From an uncultured Clostridia bacterium (lineage in GTDB: Bacteria > Bacillota > Clostridia > Oscillospirales > Oscillospiraceae): DNA of 64,000 nucleotides. Shown piece by piece: positions 28,618 through 38,861 of this stretch (position 1 is the first letter of the stretch; every line of letters starts with the position of its first letter). Both the position numbers and the translations under genes were made by a program. The DNA lies in the NCBI GenBank assembly GCA_937957765.1, contig CALFXG010000043.1:30213-94212 (forward strand). Reading direction: 5' to 3'. The notes beneath the pieces were generated by a model, which made no database searches, had not been told where the DNA came from, and was given only the letters and a program-made list of their open reading frames with translations.

Positions 28618-29460
28618 TTATTCGGTCTCACCCAGGGCAGCGGCGTACACCGCGTTTTTGGGAAGCTCCAGCTCCTGCGCCGTCTGCTTGACGGCATCCT
28701 TTCGGCTCAGTCCCTGGGCCATCAGCTCCGCCACTCTGGCGGCGGCGTCCGTGCCGGTGGGCACTTCTTTTGCTTCCTCCGGCGCGCCGGCCAGCACCAG
28801 CACGAATTCTCCCTTGGGGGGTGTGGCGGTAAAATGCGCAATGGCCTCGCCCAGGGTGGTGCGCAGCACCTCCTCGTGGAGCTTGGTCAGCTCCCGGCAG
28901 AAGCTGATGGGCCGCTCTGCCCCAAACACCTGGGCCATATCCTCCAGGGTGTTCATCAGCTTGTGGGGAGCTTCATAGAAGATCATGGTGCGCTTTTCCT
29001 CCCGCAGGGAATCCAGATGCTCCCGGCGGCTCTTCTTGCTCATGGACAGAAAGCCCTCAAAGCAGAACCGCCCGGTGGCCTGGCCGGAGATGCTCAGCGC
29101 CGTGATGGCGGCGCAGGGGCCGGGGATGGCGCACACGGTGATGCCCGCCTGGGCGCACTGTTTCACCAGATCCTCCCCGGGGTCGGAGATGGCCGGGCTG
29201 CCTGCGTCGGATACCAGGGCGCAGGTCTCTCCGGCCAGGATGCGCTCCACGATCCGGCTGCCCTTGAAGGTCTTGTTGTGCTCATAGTAGCTGACAAGGC
29301 TTTTTTTGATCTCCAGATGGTTCAGCAGCTTCAGCGTCACCCGGGTGTCTTCGGCGGCGATGAAGTCCGCCGCCTCCAGCGTCTGCCGGGCGCGCAGGGA
29401 AATATCCCCCAGGTTGCCGATGGGGGTGGGGACGAGATAAAGGGTTCCAGCCATAGTCAA
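28618..29460 (-). CDS. rsmI: 16S rRNA (cytidine1402-2'-O)-methyltransferase
   Basis: Tetrapyrrole-methylase fold; N-terminal GTLYLVPTPIGN motif. Confidence 0.85.
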   Translation of the reverse strand: MTMAGTLYLVPTPIGNLGDISLRARQTLEAADFIAAEDTRVTLKLLNHLEIKKSLVSYYEHNKTFKGSRIVERILAGETCALVSDAGSPAISDPGEDLVKQCAQAGITVCAIPGPCAAITALSISGQATGRFCFEGFLSMSKKSRREHLDSLREEKRTMIFYEAPHKLMNTLEDMAQVFGAERPISFCRELTKLHEEVLRTTLGEAIAHFTATPPKGEFVLVLAGAPEEAKEVPTGTDAAARVAELMAQGLSRKDAVKQTAQELELPKNAVYAAALGETE

Positions 29461-30152
29461 TCCTCCGGGATGTGATAAATTCGGCGGTAGTCGTCGGTCA
29501 CGCTGCCGTCGCCGCGGCGCAGGGAAATTTCCTCCAGGGTCAGCCCCGGCCGTGCGCCCTTGCGCAGCTGGAGCAACACCAGGGCCGCCGGGCCGCCCTC
29601 CCGGTGGCGCAGCAGCCGCAGCCGCTTGGCCTCCAGCCGGTTTTCAGCGCCCAGGGCAATGACCTCCGCCAGCCGCTCCGGCCGGTGCACCAGGAAAAAA
29701 TCGCCGCCGTATTTCAGCGCCCAGGCGGCGCACTGCATCAACTGCGCCAGGGTGCAGGCATCCTCCCGCCGGGCCGAGGCCAGCCGGGCGGCATAACCGC
29801 CGGAAAAATAGGGAGGATTGGAGATGCAGCAGTCAAATTGTCCCGGCCCAAAAAGCCCAGGAACTCGCCGCATATCCGCGCATATACTTTCCATACGGGC
29901 ATCGAGCCGGCTGCGCCGGATGTTTTCCTCCGCGGCGGCATGGGCGGCCTCATCCAGCTCCACACCGGTGACGTGGCATCGTTCATTCCGGGCGCACAGC
30001 AGCAGCCCCAGTGTGCCGCACCCGGAGCCCAGATCCAGAACGGTCTTAGCCCCCTGGACATTTGCGAAATCCGCCAGCGCCATGGAATCCGTGGTGAGGG
30101 GAAAGCAACTGGGGGGGATATCCAGCTGTATCCCGCCGGGAAGATGCTCCAT
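29457..30152 (-). CDS. tRNA1(Val) (adenine37-N6)-methyltransferase-like SAM methyltransferase (YabB/YfiC type)
   Basis: SAM motif VLDLGSGCG and NPPY motif (CISNPPYF); conserved synteny with rsmI as in Bacillus yabB-yabC. Confidence 0.65.
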   Translation of the reverse strand: MEHLPGGIQLDIPPSCFPLTTDSMALADFANVQGAKTVLDLGSGCGTLGLLLCARNERCHVTGVELDEAAHAAAEENIRRSRLDARMESICADMRRVPGLFGPGQFDCCISNPPYFSGGYAARLASARREDACTLAQLMQCAAWALKYGGDFFLVHRPERLAEVIALGAENRLEAKRLRLLRHREGGPAALVLLQLRKGARPGLTLEEISLRRGDGSVTDDYRRIYHIPED

Positions 30153-30244
30153 GTCTGCCTCCGTGTTTGATACTGAATAACAAAATTAAAAATCGGCCTG
30201 CACTGCGTTCAACAGCAGGGCAGGCCGACCTGAATTCGGAAGAG

Positions 30245-30415
30245 TTAGGCTTCCTCAATCGCTTCGGCGGGGCACTGATCCGCGCAGGAGCCGCAGCTGA
30301 CGCAGACATCGGGATCAATGACGTACTTGTCCTCGCCCTCGGAGATAGCTTCAACAGGGCACTGCTCGGCGCAGGAGCCGCACTTCACACATGCATCGGT
30401 AATGTTATAAGCCAT
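30245..30415 (-). CDS. fdx: 2x[4Fe-4S] clostridial-type ferredoxin (56 aa)
   Basis: MAYNITDACVKCGSCAEQCPVEAI...DVCVSCGSCADQCPAEAI; RBS ggagg; absent from the ORF track because it is under 60 aa. Confidence 0.75.
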   Translation of the reverse strand: MAYNITDACVKCGSCAEQCPVEAISEGEDKYVIDPDVCVSCGSCADQCPAEAIEEA

Positions 30416-30569
30416 GATATGTAACCTCCTTGTGGTTGTATTTTTGCGCCCGAAGGAGAACGCACCTTCATTCTAGCATGGATTTTGAAAAAAGCAATTC
30501 CTTTTTCAAAAATATTCGTATATTCCAGAACCCGCCTGGCGAAAATCTCCTGGAAAAGGAGGCGGGGAA

Positions 30570-32897
30570 ATGCGCTACAATACCCAGACCAACGATTTGA
30601 TTCGCGCTTCCGGCGAAAAGGCGCGGCTGCTGGGGCACAGCTATGTGGGCACCGTCCATATTCTCCTGGCCCTGCTGGAGCAGCCGGGCGAGGTGGGGCT
30701 GCTGCTGCGCAGCCTGGGCGCGGAGCCGGAGCTTGCGGGCACGATGGTGCAGCTGCAGTACGGCACGGGAACGCCGGATCTGCCCCTGCCCCAGGGCCTG
30801 ACGAAAAAGGCGCGGGAGCTGCTGCGGATGGCCGCCCGGGAGGCGCGGGGCAATGCCAGCCGGGAGATCCTCCCGGTCCATGTCCTGATGGCGCTGTCCA
30901 GAACGGAGAACACCGAGGCGGGGAAGCTGCTTCAAATTTTCGGTATCGGCCCGAATGTGCTGTTTACCCATACGGTCGAATGGTTGCGGCGGGAGGCGGA
31001 GGCCCCCACCAGGGGAAAAAAGGAGGCGGTCACAACGAAACTTTTGGAGCAGTTCAGCGAGGACCTGATCACCAAGGCGTCGGCCATGGAGCCGGTCATT
31101 GGCCGGGACCGGGAGATCGATACGGTGATCGGCATTCTGTGCCGGAAGAATAAGAACAATCCCGCCCTGGTGGGGGAGCCGGGGGTAGGGAAGACTGCCA
31201 TTGCCGAGGGGCTTGCCCAGCGGATGGCCGTGGGCAATGTTCCGCCCCAGCTCAAGGACAAGAGGCTGGTCAGCCTGAATATGGCATCCTTGGTGGCGGG
31301 TACCAAATACCGGGGCGAATTCGAGGAGCGTCTGCGCGATGTGCTGGCGGAGATCCACCGCACCGGGGATGTGATCCTCTTTGTGGATGAAATGCACACC
31401 ATCATCGGCGCGGGGGCCGCGGAGGGGGCCATCGATGCCGCCAATATTTTAAAGCCTGCCCTGGGCCGGGGTGAGCTGCAGATGCTGGGGGCCACCACCC
31501 TGGAGGAATACCGCAAATACATTGAAAAGGACGCCGCTCTGGAGCGCCGCTTCCGCCCGGTGACGGTGGAGGAGCCGGGCAGCGAAACCACCCTGGCCAT
31601 CCTGCGTGCCCTGAAGCCGGGGCTGGAGCGGCACCACCGCCTGCGCATCTCCGAAGAGGCGCTAAAGGAGGCGGTGCGCCTGTCCGTGCGGTATCTGCCG
31701 GACCTTTTTCTTCCCGACAAGGCCATCGATCTGCTGGATGAGGGTGCGTCCCGGGCCCGGATGGAGGAGCTTCGCCTGACCCGGGGCGGTGCGGCCCGCC
31801 GGGAGCTGGAGGAGGAGCTGCACGAGGCCGTGCGGGAGCGCCGCTTTGAGAAGGCGGCGGAGCTGCGGGACAAAATGCAGACCATGATGGCAAAGCCGGG
31901 GGAGAACCGCCGCACCCGTACGGTGACGGCCGCGGACATTGCCTGGGTGGTTTCCGCCCGCACGGGCATCCCTGTGGGACGGCTCACCGCCTCGGAGCGA
32001 GAGCGGCTGCTGCACCTGGAAACCTTGCTGCAAGCCCATGTGGTGGGCCAGCGTCAGGCGGTGGGTACCGTGGCAGAGGCGGTGCGCCGGGGCTTTGCCG
32101 GGCTGCGGGACGAGGAGCGGCCCATTGCCTGCCTGCTCTTTACCGGCCCCACCGGCGTGGGCAAGACGGAGCTGTGCCGTGCCCTGGCCGAGGAGGTCTA
32201 CGGCAGCCGCAGCGCCATGATCCGCCTGGACATGACGGAATATATGGAGAAGCACTCCGTCTCCCGCTTGATCGGCGCGCCTCCGGGCTATGTGGGCTAT
32301 GAGGAGGGCGGCAAGCTGACCGAGGCGGTGCGCCGCCGCCCGTACAGCCTGGTACTGCTGGACGAGGTGGAGAAGGCCCACCCGGAGGTGCTGGGCATCC
32401 TGCTGCAAATCATGGAGGAGGGAGTGCTCACCGATTCCACCGGCCGGAAGGTCAGCTTCCGCAACGCCATTGTGGTCATGACCTCCAACGTGGGCAGCCA
32501 GGTGCGGGGGGACGGCCTGGGCTTCTGCTCCGACGGAAAGGCCGGTCAGGTGGAAGAGGCGGTGCGTCAGGCCTTTACCCCGGAATTCCTGGGGCGGCTG
32601 GACGCCGCCGTTCGTTTTGATCCGCTGGACGCCTCCTCCATGGAGCAGATCGCCGGGAAATACCTGCGCCTGCTTCAGGAGCGGGCTGCGGCGGCGGGGA
32701 TCCAGTTGAACCTTCCGGCGGAGCTTGCCGCCAGCCTCAGTCGCCGCTGCCGGGGAAAGGACGGGGCGCGCCAGCTGCGCCGCCTGGTGCAGACCGAGGT
32801 GGAGGGGGCGCTCTCCGGCTTCCTGCTGGGATGCAGCCGCCGCCCCAGCCGGATCCGCGGCTGCCTGGAGCAGGAAAAGCTGTCCTTTCAGGCATAG
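30570..32897 (+). CDS. clpC: ATP-dependent Clp protease ATP-binding subunit (ClpC/ClpA-like, two AAA+ modules)
   Basis: Two Clp_N repeats; D1 Walker [15 protein letters not shown]; D2 Walker [15 protein letters not shown]; 775 aa. Confidence 0.8.
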   Translation: MRYNTQTNDLIRASGEKARLLGHSYVGTVHILLALLEQPGEVGLLLRSLGAEPELAGTMVQLQYGTGTPDLPLPQGLTKKARELLRMAAREARGNASREILPVHVLMALSRTENTEAGKLLQIFGIGPNVLFTHTVEWLRREAEAPTRGKKEAVTTKLLEQFSEDLITKASAMEPVIGRDREIDTVIGILCRKNKNNPALVGEPGVGKTAIAEGLAQRMAVGNVPPQLKDKRLVSLNMASLVAGTKYRGEFEERLRDVLAEIHRTGDVILFVDEMHTIIGAGAAEGAIDAANILKPALGRGELQMLGATTLEEYRKYIEKDAALERRFRPVTVEEPGSETTLAILRALKPGLERHHRLRISEEALKEAVRLSVRYLPDLFLPDKAIDLLDEGASRARMEELRLTRGGAARRELEEELHEAVRERRFEKAAELRDKMQTMMAKPGENRRTRTVTAADIAWVVSARTGIPVGRLTASERERLLHLETLLQAHVVGQRQAVGTVAEAVRRGFAGLRDEERPIACLLFTGPTGVGKTELCRALAEEVYGSRSAMIRLDMTEYMEKHSVSRLIGAPPGYVGYEEGGKLTEAVRRRPYSLVLLDEVEKAHPEVLGILLQIMEEGVLTDSTGRKVSFRNAIVVMTSNVGSQVRGDGLGFCSDGKAGQVEEAVRQAFTPEFLGRLDAAVRFDPLDASSMEQIAGKYLRLLQERAAAAGIQLNLPAELAASLSRRCRGKDGARQLRRLVQTEVEGALSGFLLGCSRRPSRIRGCLEQEKLSFQA

Positions 32898-32975
32898 CAA
32901 TTTAGAACAAATATTCGAAATATTCGGTTTTTATCGGCATTATGGCTAAAATATGAAAATTGCGCGCAAAAAAGA

Positions 32976-33004
32976 TTGATTTTTTTGGATGGGGAGGTTA
33001 TAAT
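32976..33004 (+). promoter_or_regulatory. dcw-cluster promoter TTGATT-17-TATAAT
   Basis: -35 at 32976-81, -10 at 32999-33004; GTGGAG direct repeats follow in the 5' UTR. Confidence 0.55.
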
Positions 33005-33060
33005 AGCGCAAGTGGAGTAAAAGGGATATAAAGTGGAGTAAAATGGAGAGGAGGGGGCAC

Positions 33061-33489
33061 ATGATCGGCAAGTACAGCGCCAGGCTGGACGAGAAGAACC
33101 GTCTGATCGTTCCGGCAAAGCTGCGCCAGGAGCTGGGCGACGTGTTTTACGTGACCTTTGGCGTCAACTGCGGTCACAGCTGCCTCACCGCCTACACCGC
33201 CGCCGAGTGGAAGACCCTCAGCGATAATTACAATGCGCTGAGCATTTCCCAGCGGGCGGGAGCCACCAGCCTGATCTTCATGAACGCTACCGAATGCACC
33301 CCCGATAAGCAGTTCCGCTTCAGCCTGACGCCCTTTTTGATGGAATACGCCGGGATCAGCCGCGAGGTGATGATCGTCGGCCGCGCCGGTCAGGCGGAGA
33401 TCTGGGACGCGGAGGAATTCCGCCGCTTCGAGCAGGAGAACCTCACCCCCGAAAAGCTGCTGGCATCCCTGGAGGCGATCGGGCTATGA
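33061..33489 (+). CDS. mraZ: transcriptional regulator MraZ
   Basis: 142 aa with two SpoVT/AbrB-like halves (DEKNRLIVPAKLRQEL). Confidence 0.85.
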   Translation: MIGKYSARLDEKNRLIVPAKLRQELGDVFYVTFGVNCGHSCLTAYTAAEWKTLSDNYNALSISQRAGATSLIFMNATECTPDKQFRFSLTPFLMEYAGISREVMIVGRAGQAEIWDAEEFRRFEQENLTPEKLLASLEAIGL

Positions 33490-34421
33490 GTGAATTCCAT
33501 CATGTCTCCGTCCTGCTGGACGAATGCATCCAGGGGCTGAACATCAGGCCCGACGGCATTTATGTGGACGGCACCCTGGGCGGCGCGGGCCACTCCAGTC
33601 ATATTGCGTCAAAGATCACCACCGGCCGCCTGATCGGCATCGACCGGGACGAGGTGGCCCTTACCGCTGCCGCGGAGCGCCTGGCTCCCTACGGCGACCG
33701 GGTGACCCTGGTGCATTCCAATTTCTGCGACATCGCCTCCGTTCTGGCCCGGCTGGGCATCGGGGGCGTGGACGGCATCCTGCTGGACCTGGGCGTCTCA
33801 TCCCCCCAGCTGGACGACGGGGCACGGGGCTTTTCCTATATGGCCGATGCCCCCCTGGACATGCGCATGGACCACAGCGAGGCCCTTACCGCCGCTGCCG
33901 TGGTGAATACCTGGTCCTATGAAGAGCTGAAACGGATCCTATATGAATACGGCGAGGAGCGTTACGCCCCCCAGATCGCCTTGGCCATCTGCAAAAGACG
34001 GGAGCAGGCTCCCGTCAGGACCACCCTGGAGCTGGTGGATATTATCCGCTCCGCCATGCCGCCCGCGGCTCTGCGGGAAAAGCAGCACCCGGCCAAGCGG
34101 AGCTTCCAGGCGATCCGCATTGCGGTGAACGACGAGCTGGGCGCTGTGTCCCAAGTGATGCGCGACGCGATCCCCTGCCTGAACCCCGGCGGCCGCCTGG
34201 CGGTGATCACCTTTCATTCGCTGGAGGATCGGATCGTAAAGAACGCGATGGCAGAGGCGGCCAAGGGCTGCACCTGCCCCCCCAGCTTCCCGGTATGCGT
34301 CTGCGGGAAGAAGCCGAAGGTGCGGCTCATCACCCGCAAGCCCATCGTCTCCGGGGAGGAGGAGCTGGCGCGCAACCCCAGAGCCAGAAGCGCAAAGCTT
34401 CGTATCTGCGAAAAGTTATAA
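33486..34421 (+). CDS. rsmH: 16S rRNA (cytosine1402-N4)-methyltransferase
   Basis: MraW family; DGTLGGAGHS motif. Confidence 0.9.
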   Translation: MSEFHHVSVLLDECIQGLNIRPDGIYVDGTLGGAGHSSHIASKITTGRLIGIDRDEVALTAAAERLAPYGDRVTLVHSNFCDIASVLARLGIGGVDGILLDLGVSSPQLDDGARGFSYMADAPLDMRMDHSEALTAAAVVNTWSYEELKRILYEYGEERYAPQIALAICKRREQAPVRTTLELVDIIRSAMPPAALREKQHPAKRSFQAIRIAVNDELGAVSQVMRDAIPCLNPGGRLAVITFHSLEDRIVKNAMAEAAKGCTCPPSFPVCVCGKKPKVRLITRKPIVSGEEELARNPRARSAKLRICEKL

Positions 34422-34433
34422 GAGGATAAAGCT

Positions 34434-34952
34434 ATGGCACAAAAAGCGGAGATCCAATATGTGAGCCGATTCTATGTATTCGGCAGCGAAGTGCCAAACG
34501 CAGCGCCCAAAGAAAAAAAGAACGGTGTCAAGCTTCCGCAGCTGCATTTGGAGAGACCTCGCAAGGTTTATATCGATCCCATTGCGCTGTGCGGCGTGGT
34601 GGCAGCCGTGGTGATGCTGTGCCTGCTGGTGGCGGGAATGGTCCACCTGCGCGATACCCGGGCGGATTACGACCGAATGAAGGCCCACCTGGTGGAGCTG
34701 AAGCTGGAGAACGCCCAGCTGAACCATACATATCACACCTCCTTCACCGTCGATGAGGTGCGCGACCTGGCGGAGTCCCAGGGGATGGTGCGCTCCGACG
34801 AGGCCGAGCGCTTTACCGCCTTCGTCATCGTGCCGGACAGGCCCAGGGAGAAGACGGCCTGGGAGAATTTCCTGTGGCGGCTTTCCTGGCTTTTCTCCCG
34901 GTCGGAGGATTACGACCTGGCACAGTGGAATACAGAGCCGGTTGCTCCATAG
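34434..34952 (+). CDS. ftsL: cell division protein FtsL-like (septum formation initiator)
   Basis: Single TM helix plus coiled coil (LVELKLENAQL); sits between rsmH and the PBP gene. Confidence 0.6.
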   Translation: MAQKAEIQYVSRFYVFGSEVPNAAPKEKKNGVKLPQLHLERPRKVYIDPIALCGVVAAVVMLCLLVAGMVHLRDTRADYDRMKAHLVELKLENAQLNHTYHTSFTVDEVRDLAESQGMVRSDEAERFTAFVIVPDRPREKTAWENFLWRLSWLFSRSEDYDLAQWNTEPVAP

Positions 34953-35078
34953 AATAGAATAGCAGCTGCAATGGGCGGCGAGGGTTTCCCTTGCTGCCCA
35001 TTCCTGACTTAGGAACCTCTGAGCCCCGGCCCTCCGGCCTGCTTCAGGGCTTCCCCGATTCGGGAGGAACGGTCCGCC

Positions 35079-37364
35079 ATGGGAAATGACGTACGGAAGG
35101 ACTTCGGCCGCCTGCGGATGGACAGCGGTCAGCACCGGCGGGTGATGCTGACGGCGGCGCTTTTGGGCATTGCGGCCTTCGTCCCGCTGCTTTGCAGGCT
35201 CTATGTGCTGATGGTGCGGGACTATGACCTCTATTCCGGCCTGGCTCTGCGCAATCAGACCCGCTCCACCTCCGTCACCGCGGACCGGGGGACGATCTAT
35301 GACCGCAATCTGAATGTGCTGGCGGTCTCCGAGAATCGGGAGAATGTGTATCTGGATCCCCATGAGCTGAAGCAGTCCAAGGCGGATATCCCCGCCATTG
35401 CGGACTTTCTGGCCGAGGTGCTGGACAAGGATGCCCCCTGGATCCAGACCCAGGCCGCCGACCTGAAGCGGCGGTACAAGCAGGTGGGCAGCTGCATCAG
35501 CGAGGAAAAGGCTCAGCTGATCCGCGCCTATATCCAGGCCCACGATGTCAGCGGCATTCACCTGGAGCCGACCTCCGTGCGGGTGTACCCCAATGGAAAG
35601 CTGGCAGCCCAGGTGATCGGCTTTACCAATGCCTCCAACGACGGCACCGAGGGCATCGAGGCCTCCTATAACCGCTATCTGGCGGGCTCTGCCGGAAAGG
35701 TGATCACCACCAAGGGCAACAACGAAATGGATATGCCCTTTTCCTATGAACGCTTCCTCGCCTCCCGTAAGGGGGCGGATGTAATATTGACTCTGGATGC
35801 CACTGTGCAGCAGGCGCTGGAAAAGCAGCTGGAGGCGGCCATTGCCCGCTATGACGTGCAAAACGGAGCCTTTGGCCTGGTGATGAACTGCAAAACCGGC
35901 GAGATCCTGGCAATGGCTACCCTGGGCAGCTACGACCCCAACCGCTATCTGGAGATCGCCGACGAGCGCACCCTGGCCAGCCTTCAGCAGATGCTTCAGA
36001 ATGGTACGGATGCGGATTCATATGCCAAGGCCCTGGCGGACGCCCGCTGGAAGCAGTGGCGCAACCGGGTGCTGTCCGACGGCTACGAGCCTGGCTCCAC
36101 CTTCAAGGTGCTGACCATGGCGGCGGCGCTGGACTGCGGGGCCATCAGCCTGAATACCCCCTTCTACTGCCGGGGCGCGGAGCAGATCCCGGGCCGCTCT
36201 CAGCTGCTGCACTGCTGGCGCTCCGCCGGGCATGGGGCGGAGCAGACCCCCCAGGCGCTGCAAAACTCCTGCAATATCGCCTTTGCCCATATCGCCCTGA
36301 AGCTGGGTGGGGAGCGGTTTTACGATTACATCACCCGCTTTGGTATCCTGGAAAAAACCGGCATCGACCTGGCCGGCGAGAGCAAGGGCGTTTTCTTTGA
36401 CAAAAAGCTGATCACCAACACGGATAAATGGGGCACCGCCTCCCTGACCTCCGGCTCCTTCGGCCAGACCTTCAAGATCACTCCCTTGCAGCTGGTGCGG
36501 GCCATCTCCTCCGTGGTCAACGGGGGAAACCTGCTGGAGCCCTACATCGTCTCCGAGGTGGTGGATGAAAACGGCGTGACCCTGCTGCGCCAGGAGCCGA
36601 CGGTGGTCAGGACCACCATCTCCCCGCAGACCTCCGATACCATGCGGGAGCTGATTCGCTCCGTGGTCACCGAGGGTACGGCAAAAAACGCGGCGGTGGC
36701 CGGCTTCTCCATTGGCGGAAAGACAGGGACCAGCGAGAAAATTGATGTTTTTGACGAAAACGGCCAGCGTGTCCAGGATAAAATCGTTTCATTTGTTGGG
36801 ATTGCGCCCATGGATGATCCAGAGTATATTGTACTGGCGGCGCTGGATACCCCGTCCCGCTCCACGGGGATCTATATTTCCGGCGGCGTGATGGCCGCTC
36901 CCACGGTGGGAGCGATTCTAGCGGACATTCTGCCGTACCTGGGTGTCCCGCGGGAATCGCCGGGGGAGCCGTTTCCTGTGGAGGATCTGATGGGAAAGAC
37001 CCAAAAGGAAGTCAAGAGCTTACTCAAAGAGAAGAATGTGACCGCCGTGTTTATCGGCGATGCCGAGACGGTTACCGGCCAGCTTCCGGCGGCGGGGCAG
37101 AGCATCCTGTCCGGCGGTGAGGTGCTGGTGTATCTGGGGGAACCCACCCCGGAGCGAATGGTGGAGGTGCCGGATTTCCGGGGCATGAACCGCCAGCAGG
37201 CCAGCGTGGCCGCCGGGAAGCTGGGGCTGTTTATCACCCCCATGGGCAGCGACGAAATTTCGCCCCAGGTCACGGTTTGCAGCCAGAGCCAGAGCGCGGG
37301 CACCTCCGTTCCCGCGGGCAGCAGCATCACGCTGCAATTCGCGGACGGCGCCGCAAGAGACTGA
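35079..37364 (+). CDS. class B penicillin-binding protein (FtsI/SpoVD type) with C-terminal PASTA domain
   Basis: PBP dimerisation and transpeptidase domains (SxxK-context STFK, SGN-like, KTGT) followed by a PASTA domain. Confidence 0.85.
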   Translation: MGNDVRKDFGRLRMDSGQHRRVMLTAALLGIAAFVPLLCRLYVLMVRDYDLYSGLALRNQTRSTSVTADRGTIYDRNLNVLAVSENRENVYLDPHELKQSKADIPAIADFLAEVLDKDAPWIQTQAADLKRRYKQVGSCISEEKAQLIRAYIQAHDVSGIHLEPTSVRVYPNGKLAAQVIGFTNASNDGTEGIEASYNRYLAGSAGKVITTKGNNEMDMPFSYERFLASRKGADVILTLDATVQQALEKQLEAAIARYDVQNGAFGLVMNCKTGEILAMATLGSYDPNRYLEIADERTLASLQQMLQNGTDADSYAKALADARWKQWRNRVLSDGYEPGSTFKVLTMAAALDCGAISLNTPFYCRGAEQIPGRSQLLHCWRSAGHGAEQTPQALQNSCNIAFAHIALKLGGERFYDYITRFGILEKTGIDLAGESKGVFFDKKLITNTDKWGTASLTSGSFGQTFKITPLQLVRAISSVVNGGNLLEPYIVSEVVDENGVTLLRQEPTVVRTTISPQTSDTMRELIRSVVTEGTAKNAAVAGFSIGGKTGTSEKIDVFDENGQRVQDKIVSFVGIAPMDDPEYIVLAALDTPSRSTGIYISGGVMAAPTVGAILADILPYLGVPRESPGEPFPVEDLMGKTQKEVKSLLKEKNVTAVFIGDAETVTGQLPAAGQSILSGGEVLVYLGEPTPERMVEVPDFRGMNRQQASVAAGKLGLFITPMGSDEISPQVTVCSQSQSAGTSVPAGSSITLQFADGAARD

Positions 37365-37397
37365 AATCCTTCCGCTCCGGCGGATCCAGGAGGATAC

Positions 37398-38861
37398 ATG
37401 ATGAAATTAAAAGAATTACTGAAGGGCGTCTCCGTGCTGGAAATGACCGCCGACCCGGAGCTGGAAGTTACGGACCTGTGCTGTGATTCCCGCAAGGCGG
37501 TGCCGGGGGCACTGTTTGTAGCCGTTTCCGGCTTTGCCTCCGACGGCAACCGCTTTATCCCCTCTGCCGCAGAAAAGGGCGCGGCGGCGGTGGTCACGGC
37601 CAAGCGGCCGGAGGGGACGATCCCCTATGTGCTGGTGCCCTCCGACCGGCTGGCACTGGCGCTGATCTCCTGCAATTTCTATGGCCGCCCCGCCGAACAG
37701 ATGACCATGATCGGCATCACCGGCACCAACGGCAAGACCTCCAGCACCCTGCTGCTCAAGCAGGTGCTGGAAAAATGCCTGGGCGCCAAAGTCGGCCTGA
37801 TCGGCACCATGGAAAACCACATCGGCAGCGAGATCATCCCCACGGAGCGCACCACCCCGGAGAGCTTCGAGCTTCAGGCCCTGTTTGCCCGGATGCGGGA
37901 CGCGGGCTGCACCCATGTGGTGATGGAGGTATCAAGCCACGCCATTTCCCTGGAGCGCATCGGCGGAATCCACTATGATGTGGCCGCCTTTACCAACCTG
38001 ACGGAGGATCATCTGGATTTCCATAAGACCATGGATGCCTACTGCGACGCCAAGGCGGAGCTGTTCCGCCGGTGCAGCCGGGCAGTGATCAATGTGGACG
38101 ATCCCTACGCCCCTCGGATGCTTTCCGCTGCCGCCTGCCCGGTGCTCACTACCTCCGCCCATACCCGGGCGGGGCTGTATGCCGAGCATGTGCAGCTGCA
38201 TTCCGACAGCATCCGGTTCACAGCGGTCAGCGGGGAGGAAAGGGCGGAGGTCATGCTTCCGATCCCGGGCCGCTTCACGGTGTACAATGCCCTGACGGTG
38301 CTGGGCGTTGCCCGGAGCCTGGGCGTCCCGCTGCGGGAAGCCGCCGATGCCCTGCGGCAGGTCCGTGGCGTCAAGGGCCGGATCGAGGTGGTGCCCACCC
38401 CCGGCATGCCGTACAGCGTACTCATTGACTATGCCCATTCCCCGGACGGGCTGGAAAATGTTCTCAGGTCCGTGCGGGATTTCTGCAAGGGCAGGCTGAT
38501 CTCCGTCTTTGGCTGCGGCGGGAATCGGGACCCCATGAAGCGCCCCATTATGGGCAGGATCGGCGTGGAATGCGCGGATTTCGCCATTATTACATCGGAT
38601 AACCCCCGCACTGAGCAGCCCATGGCCATCATCCAGGACATCCTTGCCGGGATAAAGCCGGGGATGGGGGACTATACTGTGATAGAGGACCGGCGCAAGG
38701 CCATCAGATATGCTATGGACATTGCGAAAAAAGATGATATAATTGTACTGGCAGGAAAGGGACATGAGACCTACCAGGAGATCAACGGTGTCAAGCATCA
38801 CCTGGACGAACGGGAAGAGGTCGCGGCCCACCTGAAAGAATTGGGGGAACACAATGGGTAA
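37398..38861 (+). CDS. murE: UDP-N-acetylmuramoyl-L-alanyl-D-glutamate--2,6-diaminopimelate ligase
   Basis: Mur ligase motifs (GITGTNGKTS; DNPR). Confidence 0.9.
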   Translation: MMKLKELLKGVSVLEMTADPELEVTDLCCDSRKAVPGALFVAVSGFASDGNRFIPSAAEKGAAAVVTAKRPEGTIPYVLVPSDRLALALISCNFYGRPAEQMTMIGITGTNGKTSSTLLLKQVLEKCLGAKVGLIGTMENHIGSEIIPTERTTPESFELQALFARMRDAGCTHVVMEVSSHAISLERIGGIHYDVAAFTNLTEDHLDFHKTMDAYCDAKAELFRRCSRAVINVDDPYAPRMLSAAACPVLTTSAHTRAGLYAEHVQLHSDSIRFTAVSGEERAEVMLPIPGRFTVYNALTVLGVARSLGVPLREAADALRQVRGVKGRIEVVPTPGMPYSVLIDYAHSPDGLENVLRSVRDFCKGRLISVFGCGGNRDPMKRPIMGRIGVECADFAIITSDNPRTEQPMAIIQDILAGIKPGMGDYTVIEDRRKAIRYAMDIAKKDDIIVLAGKGHETYQEINGVKHHLDEREEVAAHLKELGEHNG

